Shown here in pieces: positions 53,837 to 64,000 of a stretch of 64,000 bases of DNA (positions are counted from its first letter, which is position 1; the number at the start of each line of letters is the position of its first letter). A program made the translations under genes and the position numbers. Under the pieces are notes generated by a model, which worked only from the letters and a program-made list of their open reading frames with translations, was not told the DNA's origin and made no database searches. The stretch spans positions 62,001-126,000 of the forward strand of contig CT868030.1 of the NCBI GenBank assembly GCA_000165425.1, read 5' to 3'. This DNA comes from Paramecium tetraurelia. Taxonomy: Eukaryota.

Positions 53837-55205
53837 TCATTTTAAACTAGTGCTTTTTTTCAATTTGGATCTTTAATCTTAACTCATTCTCTTAATTAAT
53901 TCGATCAACCTCTATCTACCACTTTCCTTATTTTAAATGATAAACTCGTGTTTCATTAATTCTTTTAATGAAGTTCTTTTTTCATGATCCTAAATTTATT
54001 AAGACTCGATACTTTAATCAAACATAATTGAGTGAAATCCTGAAATATTTTGCTTCTTTATTTGTTAATCTTGGGAGGTGGTAAATTTATTATGTTATAC
54101 ATCACTCTAATCGGATGCTAATCAAAATATGGAGGATCTCCTTCTGAGAGTTCATACCCTATAATTCCCAAGCACCAAATGTCAGAGATCTCTTCTATTA
54201 TTTATTATTCCAATGTTTCTGGGGCAATCCAATAAGGATCTTTGTCTTTTTTGAATTCGATTTTGTAATCCATAATTAATAATTTGACTTCTCCTTTTTC
54301 GTTAATTAAAACCTTCTTGGAGTTTAAATGTTTGTGGATCTTACCTTTAAAATGCAAATACTTTAAGCCTAACATTATTTGATAAAGTATATATCCAATG
54401 ATTGACTCATCAATTTTCTTATCAAAAACTCTAATCAATTTTCTGAGGTTCCCAAATTTCATATATTCCTATACTATGAAGCTACCATAATAATTATTTC
54501 TTACAAACATCCACTATAAAGATAAGCCTCATGGTATTTCACAATACAAGGACAATCTAAGTGTTGAATTAAAGATATTTCTCTCTTCAATCTATAACAA
54601 TTAAAATTTTCATGAAATTTAAATACTTTAGCAACCAAAACCTTATTTAGTTGTCTATCAATGATTTTATAAAGTTTACAATTTACTCCTCTTTCTATTT
54701 ATTCATTAAATATATATTTTTAAGCAGGATTTTCAATCAAAAATTCAGTTTACGTCACCTCATTAAAGTTTTATTTAAATGATAATTCTTTACCATCATA
54801 TATTTCAAGTATTGATATGAAGTTCAAGGTGTCCTTTTAAATTTCATTCCTACTTATGCCACTATTATATATCTCTTTTTCAATTTCAACATTAAGGCCT
54901 GCCAGACATAAATCCGCGTTTGTGTCGATTTTTAACTCTTGTTACAAATTCTTTTAGTTCTAAGTGGAATTCTGGATTTCTTATATACACTCTGGTAATT
55001 TATGAGTTCTAACTTCTTCAGGCAGTCTATTCGTCTCTACGATTTATTATTGATCAGCATCAAGATGAGAGGCCCATTCCTTTGGAACCCCAATCAATTT
55101 TCCAGTAACAGGGTCTCGTTTTATACTAATGCATTTCTTAACGTCTAAGGGTCTAATATCTGACTTTGAACTTGCCAAAGATTCCTAAGATTATTTGTTT
55201 CCCAT
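53837..55205 (-). CDS. PAK/STE20-like pseudokinase with PBD/CRIB-like region and myristoylation motif
   Basis: MGNKQS; RDPVTGKLIGVPKEW; kinase domain with HKHLNS instead of HRD, no DFG, PYWIAPE, DIWCLGI, EGDPPY; two introns. Confidence 0.82.
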
Positions 55206-56356
55206 TTATTTTAATTAAATCGTATCATAAAGAATTAATTCATATTAATTTATACTCAATTGCAACATGTAAATACCAAAATACTAATTAGCATCCCATA
55301 ACAAATTAGAACTTTTAATATAAATTTGAGGAGATAATTAAATAATTCTTTATATAATAAAATAGAGATGTTAGTACTTATTTTAATCTATTTTATATCA
55401 TAATTAGATAAAAATATTTAACCAAAAGTGCTCCTTTATTTTATCAAATCTCAAAAAGGATTTGATCCTTTCTGGATATAATAATTATGGAGGTAGCTAC
55501 ATTCCTAGAGCATGATTCATTTCATTTTAATTTCAAAATAATTCAATTATTTTATGATAATTTGCAATAAAATTAGAATTTCCAAAGTATTTAAATGATC
55601 ATAATTGATTTGGTATAGGCTTAAAATTATTAAAGAAGGATACGATTTCAAATTATTGTTTCTCTTCAAATTTTAAATAAATAAACGATTATCTAGTTAT
55701 ATAAAGTTATCTTCTAGATGTTCAATTTCATCTAAGGGAAATAAATTAATTCTTTTAATTAATCCTAATGGTAATCTAATTTACATTAGATTAGGAGCAT
55801 ATTCTTTGGAGACTTTCATTTATATGAAAAAATCCTTTTGATTATTTAATATAAAGAATAAATCAATCAATGATTAGATGCTTTAGAATAAATACCTATT
55901 TACTATGTAATTATTATGACTAAGCAAAGAATAAACATCGTATGTGCTTCATTTTAAGAGAACCATTCATATAATATTTAAGCAGAATACATTAAATATT
56001 CTTCGTGTTTTGCGAGTTCTTACCAAACAGGCTATCAAATTGTAAATAGTATATTGGATATGGCTATTTATTATTTAAATTAAACTGGAACATATCATTC
56101 AAAAGAAGTTTGCATTTAAACAACAAATTAGAAATCCTCTAAATTTTTCCATTAGATATTTATAATTACTATAAATTGAAATAGAAAATTATAATATGAA
56201 ATCTAAAGATCTTCTAGAAATTTGATTGGGAATATTGATTATTTGGTTAGATGAGGATGATGAGAATTACGCAATTAATAAAGTGATACTTTGAATATAA
56301 AAATTTAACATAATTCTTCGTTAAATGAATATTATTTTTAATTTATCTGTTTGCAA

Positions 56357-57225
56357 ATGTTCCACTAATATTTAATGCCAAACTTAGGAGGTATTGGTTA
56401 TTCAATAATATGATAGACCCCATGAATTGTATAATTTAGGGTTAGAATGGAAAAGGAGGGTTATATTTAGGTAATATCGAGAGTGCTGGTAATGGTAAAC
56501 TATTAGGCCATCATGACATTGGTGCAATATTGGCTGTAATGAGCACCAAGGACTACACGTATGATGCACATGTTGCTCATAAGGTATGGAATAGTGTTTA
56601 TAGAGTAGTTTATTAGAGTTGATGATGCTGACTTTGTCAATTTAAGTAAGCATTTTGAGGAGGCTATCGATTTTATTGATGTCAATCGATAGTAAACCAG
56701 TGTATTGGTACATTGCCATGCAGGAGTATCAAGATCTGCTACCATTGTTATTGCTTATTTAATGAAAACTTAAAATATGTCGTTGGAATAAGCATTTAAA
56801 CATGTTCAGAATTAGCGACGCATCGTGAATCCAAATCCTGGATTCATGAGACAACTGAAACAATATGAGTCGAAATTGTAGAGTTCTAATTCTCTTAGAG
56901 CTTCAACTGTGAAGCAGAAGGAGAGACAACATTCACAAAACAATCTTCGCAAGAGCCAATACATTTAGAATTCTTCTGAAGGCTACAATTCTGTCCATCA
57001 GCCATATCAACCTCAACGTCAATATTAGAGTGCTTCAGATTTAATGAGACAATCCCAGTAAAATTATGACAGACTTAACTCAAGGTAATCATTGAGACTA
57101 TTAGTATTAGACAAATGCATTATCCCTATATGCCTTAACATTATTCACCATATGTAAGAAATTACAGTGTGCCATATGGATAGAATCCTTTGCACTTTTC
57201 TACTTACAGATAGGGATGTTATTGA
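56357..57225 (+). CDS. Dual-specificity protein phosphatase
   Basis: GLYLGN, VLVHCHAGVSRSATIVIAYLM, NPNPGFMRQL; introns 56391-56416 and ~56584-56608; Q/Y-rich tail. Confidence 0.92.
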
Positions 57226-57258
57226 TTTTTATATAGTATAAACTTAATAAGATGTTCA

Positions 57259-58849
57259 TCACATAATGCTTTTGGAAAATACAAACTATTTATCTTGGCT
57301 CGTCTTTTCACACTCTATTTGAGTTTTGAATTGCTCAAACATTTTCAATTTCTCATGATTTTCTTTTGAAGGTCTCTTGGTTTGCTAGTTCTTCTCTAAT
57401 TATATCATCAGATCTTAAATAAAATTATTCTCATCAAGCACTAATCAATATATGTAAATAGAATTACCAGAATCTTCGTCTATTATTTTTTGTTATTTCT
57501 CAAACTTTTTTGAAAATTCATTTTATTCACATAATTCAATGATCGTTTTTAAGGATGGCAGATGCTACTTCCTTCTTTCCACCTTTGGCTTTAATTTCTA
57601 CTTTATATTGATGAACCAATGATGTTTGATTGCATCCTCTAATCTTATTCTATTCCCTTTCTTGTCTAGCAATCTCCTCAACAAGTCTAATTGAGAGGCA
57701 CAATATACCATTTTATACTTATCTTAAGTTAAAAAGCTAATACATTATGCATTTTTGTCAAGTAATGACAAATGCTCTTCAGCCTTATCAATTAGTTCCA
57801 TTTAAATTCGATCAACTCTTTCATCCTTCCTTTTTTGATGAATAAAGAATGTCAAAAAATAAAATACAACTCCTATTTAATATAGATCGCTATCAATTGA
57901 AGGTTTGGCAATACCTTATTTAATTTCAGGAGCTATATAGCTCTCATGCACATTTGAGAAGTAATGATCAAGTGGTTCAGAGTCAATTCTACTGATAAAT
58001 ACCATATTGACCAGGAATACTTAAAGAAAGGAGGATTGAGTATTGATGAGGATGTTATTTGGAGTGATGTTGCCATGATAAATGTTGTTCTTCCTTAAAA
58101 ATTTGATAGATTACAGTAATTACAGAATTATCTAAAATTAAGTAAGGCAGAATTACAGATGCTAATTGTGTTTGATCCAAAATCAATCCTTAATTAAGGA
58201 GATCGAGCAGTTTCTCACATCTAAAATATTCAAATATCAAGTAGATGCAATGGGTGTCTTCATACACCCATTTCAAGTCCAAGAGGGATGGGTGTTTTAT
58301 GCTCCTCAAGGTCTGAATTTCACTTTGCAAAACATCGACTGGTGATGTGGATTTAATAGAATGAACATAGGAGGTATAATATTTTTTGGTTTTTTTGTGC
58401 TGAATTACAGCATAATCTTTGATGATCTATTCCAACAGGTTAAACTTGTTTGAGAAATCGGTTAGTCTGCAAAAGGATTTCATTTTAGGCACCCATTCCA
58501 AATATTGCTATTTATTGTTAAAGAACACCAGGAGATGTCCAGTTGAACTTGATAGTTATATTGCATATGCATCGAATTTGGAGCATTGTTTCAACTTGGC
58601 TATTTTACAATTAGAGAGCACCAGGTATTGATCAGCAATCACAAGCAAATTGGGTATGAAGAGGACAGTAATGTTGATGAAGCTTTCTTGAATGCTGGAA
58701 TATATTGTTAAATGCGATTCCAGGATGGGGGGGGTTTTGTTGATTTCATCCATTTGTTTTTCAGGCAAATTGGTTAGACAACTCTGCTTGAAAACGTGGG
58801 AGGGTATTTCGCTTAAGAGATTGAAGATTCTTGAAAAATCAATGTTCAT
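57259..58849 (-). CDS. PH-like domain plus CAMK-like pseudokinase
   Basis: N-terminal PH-like region; kinase fold with EIQTLRSIKHP, IYHGNITPNNILI, YIAPE, SDLYQIG, HHWF; lacks Gly loop, VAIK Lys, HRD Asp and DFG. Confidence 0.78.
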
Positions 58850-59131
58850 TTATTAAATATTATTTAATTTACAGATTTAATTGGACCAAAACCTTTAATT
58901 GTTATTCATGTGTAGTTTAGAAAACTAAATGAATGGACAAAGCAAATATACTAATCTCTGATTATAAAATTATATATTATGTATAGATAGCAGCGGAGTT
59001 GCTTTTCATTTAAAATGTTCCCCTACTTTGGGGAATGGATGTAAATGCACAGAACATGATGTATTAAATCTGAATTAATAAAAATGGTGGTATCCTATTG
59101 TGTTTTCATAAATATTAATTTAAATAAAAAT

Positions 59132-62100
59132 ATGGACGTGAAGAAGAGTAAAAAGAAACCAGAATTGAATGAACAGTTATTTGTTGGCAATTACATTGAT
59201 GTTTTCCATCAAGGAAGCAAGTAACATAAGTTGGCGTACATTTTGTAAAAAAATGAAAAAGAAATCGAAATCACATATGATGGGTTATCTAAGAAGGATA
59301 ATGAGGTATGATGTATGTCCCCTAAGAATTCTAGATAATCAAATTATCGCAAAACAAGATCAACTTTGCTCGTAGATTCACCCAAAGTAAGCAAATTATT
59401 TACTTAAAGACTACACTGGAGAGGATTTCCGATAAAGCAAGACTTCACGGGATTACCTGAAATACTCGAGAGAGGATTGCGAGAAGAATATCAAGGAATT
59501 GAATTCAATAATGTAAAATAATTTCCAAGGTCTCTCTCCAATTGAAATATGTTTATCTGTGCGTGTGAGACAATTCATATGGTTGGACATGGTGCTCTCT
59601 AGCGAATTCCCATCAAAAGAATTGCCTGTAGCATTGGAATACATTAAAACCTACTACAACTTCATTAAGTGGTATTTCGAGTAGTTCCCAAAGTACTTTG
59701 CAGATGTAAGCTAATATTCTCACTAACTCAGTATATGAGATTCCAAAACAACTAAGAATTGTACATCCTAGACGAACGAGTCTCAATAGCAGCTTGTCTT
59801 TAGGAAGTCTGTGAAGCCTTCTGCATGCTATTTGGTTCCATATGGCGAGTCCTGAAATAAGAAAACTCTTTTTTCTACGTACGCCTATTCAAATTAAATT
59901 TAAGCTAAACTGCGACAATTTGTAACAGCAATTCGATAAATTCTTTCCCCCTTCCAGTTAATAAGGCTTCGTTGTGAATCCGAATATCGATGACTGGAAA
60001 CTATATTAAGGCGCATCAGATATCGTCAAATGCATCAAGAAGACATGGCCATTTTATTTGAGAACTATGTCTTTCTTCAAGTCAATAGGTGGACTTCAAG
60101 CTTGGGAAGGATTATTGAAACCCTAAGAAAACGGAGAATATAATTACATCCCTCTTAAGGCCATGAACAGGATAGTAATAACACAACAATACTTGTCCTC
60201 CTACTTCCAATTGTCTGATTAGGCTCAAATGGCCAAGAAAACATTCGAGTGGTTATAAAATAGAGTTAACAATTTGACAGTCTAAGATATCAAGGACACT
60301 GACATTGATTAAGTCAAAGAACTTACGTCAGATTATCAATATTACTTTCTGAAAGGATTCACAGAAGATCAACTAAATAAATTGACTGATGAAATCTAAT
60401 TACAATTAGCATTGAAATTCTTGAAGTCTTCCTTTTTGGAAAAGAGAGTGAAAGGCATAAGTGAGATTAAAGATTTCACTGAGAGATCCAAATATGAACA
60501 ATAGACAAGTCTTAAATTCAGGAGTTCCATTTCCAAAGATGATTTGATTAGATGGATATCACAAAATAGAATTCTAGACTACACTTTACTTGGAGATTCA
60601 GTTCATCCGGAATTAATCAAAAGATCAAGTGATGTAGCAGTGTTTTTATGTCGGAATCAAGCATTCCAAATTGATTACATAGACAAAATATGGAAAAACA
60701 ATCATGATAAACATGAGACTACTCAATTAGCTTTGTATGAATTCTTCAAGATTGTGTCTCCCTATTTAAGTTTCCAAGGAATCGAAAAACTGTATAATCA
60801 TATCTCCACTATTCCATACTCTAAATACAATGAAAATATTGTAAGCATGATTAAAACATTCACTGAGTCAGCATTGTCTTAGAAATTCCACGAATAACAA
60901 TTGCAATTGAAACCAGAAAAGAGGTTCATGACTTTTAATTAGTTGTGGGAATTGTTGTAAGATAGGGACGATCAATTAACTAATAGTGTCATTCAAGAAT
61001 AGTGTTTTTCAGCTGCCAGAATGATCATCTCCTAGATTCAATAAACCAAATAATTCATCTCATAATATTTTGGTAAGTGCTTCGAATTGATTGGTGCTCA
61101 TCAATCTGTCTACTAAGCTATTAGTCTTGTCCATTATTTCCTCGATAAATAATTCAAAGATGATATCATTGGTAAAAGGGAATTGATTCAATCCACAGAT
61201 GACAAATATAATATCATTGAACTCTTTGTTAAAGATATTGAAGTCTATATGGAAAAGGTCAGACAATATTTTAAGAATGACATCCCCCAAGACATCGTCA
61301 TCAATGGAGTCTAAAAGTTTAGTTAGAATGTATTCTTCAGATTATAAATGTTGAATTATCTCCTTTCATAAACACATCTTAAGATCACTTATGAATAAAC
61401 TGTCAGATTGTGGGATGCACTCTCTGCCAAAACCAAAGGGGGCATCCAAAAGAAAGAATTGAATAAGATCCTAATAACCAATTACTAAATAGATGTCAAC
61501 TCCTTTAGAATTTGCCCCATCTATTTCGATAAAGAAGGCGAATAAAAGTTCTTCAAGTAGGTCTTATGTAATCCAGACAGAAATGACTATGAAAAGTAAT
61601 ATCATTCTCATTTATTATTAGTTACACCATTGAGGATTTTGAATTGTTCCAAGTCTTCTTTAGATCATATAATCAATCTCATCAAACTTTGAAATATTTT
61701 AACAACTCTTCCAGATTCTTAGTTAATGATCACAATTTCGAAGGGAAATCTGCCATTTGGAACATCTTTGCTAAAGTCAAGGATCAATAATTATTAGAAT
61801 AAATCTCCTACTTTATTATTAACTTGTACACGTAACTAAATTCTAATCTTGATCAATAATGCGATAAGATCTATTAAGAAATGATGGACAAATGCTTAGA
61901 TTTGATTTAACAGCAATGTCCAAGCCTAACCACTAGATCAATCAATCTCTTATTGCAATTGTTCAACTACTTCTAAAGTGGTCCTCCTTCTAAGAAATCA
62001 ACTAAACCAATTAATTATACTCAATTCAAAGTGTAGATATAGTACCCCAATAATTTGGTTAAGTCTGTTGAATAAAAAGAAGGTGATACCACCACAATCA

Positions 62101-64000
62101 ATCAATGGAAATAAAAATTGGCTGAAGAATTACAGGTAGCATACTTACAATTGGACATCACTATAGAAAATAAACCCATTGAATAATAATACGATATTGT
62201 TGAAACCTTCGTCTGCTAAGCCTTTTATCAATTAGCCACTGTGAAGGTGAAGATTAACAACAAGAATCACCCTAAAAACTACCTTTCTTAAGAATAAAGG
62301 ACATTTGAGATTCTATTTAAATTACTAGACAAATAAGAAAGCATTGAATTTTTGAGTTAAGTCTGGGATCTAATAAATAGATTACCCATCAATATTATCA
62401 AAAAAAGGTAAGTAGAAACTTGTAAAGATTGGAAATAATACTTAGATCATCAATTTTTTGATATGTTTTATGTCTTACAAATCATATTAAAATTATTGGA
62501 TAATGAATAATGGAGTGAATAATTTAACAATTTTGATGGTGTAGATTTAATTACTTAAAAATTCCTAGGATAACAACTATAATTTTAATAACGTCCTCTT
62601 GAAATCAAATGTTGTTTGACTTATTTGGAAATATTGAGTCATCCATAAATTAAGATGAAAGAATCTCAATTAGTTGATTAAATTAAATCAAAAATTATTG
62701 AAGTTATCCAACAATTATGTCAATACATCAAGACCAAAAAAAAACTAGAATCTGGATAAAGGAAATCCCCTTAACAAAAGGAAATGAATGAAATTGAATC
62801 TCGTCTTCTCAGGAAATGCTTTTTGTAATTGGATGATGATGGCTGCAGATAATACATTAAGAATTCTGAATTAAATTAATAACTTTATGCCTTCTTTGTC
62901 GAACATGAAAATTAAGAACTGAAGAGAGAATATAGTTTATAATTACTAAACATGAAGAACACTCCAGAAAGTTAGCTATTAATTAAAATAATATTGGAGG
63001 ATGTTTTAAAGAATGTAATATCAAATAACAAATAAAAGTGTGATCATTTCTTTGAATTCTGTTGTAATTTAATATATCAAGAGAAAAACTTGAATATTCG
63101 AAATCTGAATTTTGAAGAATTATTAGTCTACATAAGGTAAAACTTGGAATAATTACCATGCAATGAAAACACTGTTAAGGATTAGGATAAAATTTTGATT
63201 GGCCTACTTAAATTGTTAAATGCATTAATCGATAGAATTCAGTCACTCTCAACTCACCAAGGGTTATTCGAATAAATACTTAGTTATTTGTTTGAAAATG
63301 AAGGAGAAACCAGATGCAAATGCAAGTCACAATAATCTAGAACAGCCGGGTTCCATTGCTTCTTTACTCTATTGAAATCTACTAAAAATATGCAAAAATT
63401 CTTAGATGTAGTGTCCCCTCTACATTATACTCATACTTGGAGAACAAAGAATTTCAATGATTGGAATATTCAAAGCAAATTTCATGAGAAATCGTCAACT
63501 GGATATGTTGGTCTCTATAATTTAGGATGTATTTGTTATATGAATTCCTTACTTCAATAGTTATATATGGTTCCTGCTTTTCGTGAAAAATTGTTATAAA
63601 TAGAAGACAAAAGCACAGGAGCATTAGAAGAGAATTTATTGCATTAATTAAAGTGCTTATTTTTGGCTCTTAAGCATTCATAGAAATAATATCACAATCC
63701 TAAGAAATTATGTCATGCCTTCAAAGATTTGGATGGACATCCAACAAATATATTTGAATAAATGGATGTTGATGAATTTTGCAATTTGTTGATGGATAGA
63801 ATAGAGTTAAGCATCAAATCAACTTCTGATGAAGATTTAGTTAAAAGAAATTTTGGAGGAGTGATATCTAATGAAATTATAGGAAAGACATGTCCACATT
63901 ACTCAGAAAGAGAGGAACCCTTCTTTGCTATTTCATTACCAGTGGCTAATAAGAAGAATCTAGAAGAATGTCTATAGACTTTGGTTCATGGGGATTTACT
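59132..64000 (+). CDS. 3'-partial ubiquitin C-terminal hydrolase, USP9X/USP24/USP34-like (peptidase C19)
   Basis: KSSFLEKRVKGISEI, SVHPELIKRS, Cys box GYVGLYNLGCICYMNSLLQQLYM (~63500-63570), QMDVDEF, EREEPFFAISL; several introns. Confidence 0.9.

Noticed and set aside
474..63977. Supplied six-frame ORFs as independent small genes
   Set aside because: Computed with the standard code; they are fragments of code-6 genes cut at TAA/TAG, or antisense/off-frame shadows (e.g. 14446-14766, 15326-15682, 41416-41682, 46809-47457)
1..64000. Retained IESs, telomeric repeats, transposons or selenocysteine TGA readthrough
   Set aside because: Interruptions I examined were all explained by GT..AG introns; no G3-4T2-3 arrays, transposase motifs or conserved in-frame TGA seen, though not every codon of the largest genes was checked

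Overview
AT-rich, gene-dense eukaryotic DNA that reads as a ciliate macronuclear chromosome, most likely Paramecium (aurelia-type). Genes only translate sensibly with genetic code 6 (TAA/TAG = Gln, TGA = only stop) and contain tiny 20-33 nt GT..AG introns, so the supplied standard-code ORF track is mostly fragments or antisense artefacts. Manual translation gives about 30 genes. Recognisable ones include a theta-like GST, a mitochondrial carrier, CCDC113, a NUDT6-like Nudix hydrolase, a metallophosphoesterase, a PP6-like phosphatase, dynein LC4, VIT1, PEX7, a dual-specificity phosphatase and a partial USP9X/24/34-like deubiquitinase. Also present are a ~2750 aa Cys-rich/beta-helix multi-pass membrane protein, two paralogous PAS-type membrane proteins, SF-assemblin-like, SPICE1-like, ATP6AP2-like and IQ-MORN proteins. 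Most notable: an intron-containing bacterial-type D-Ala-D-Ala carboxypeptidase (PBP, peptidase S11) with all three catalytic motifs intact, and all three protein-kinase genes in the window look catalytically dead. No RNA genes, transposons, telomeres, IESs or CRISPR were recognised. Coordinates were counted by hand (a few bp of error possible), CDS spans include introns, and family calls are from motif recognition, not database searches.
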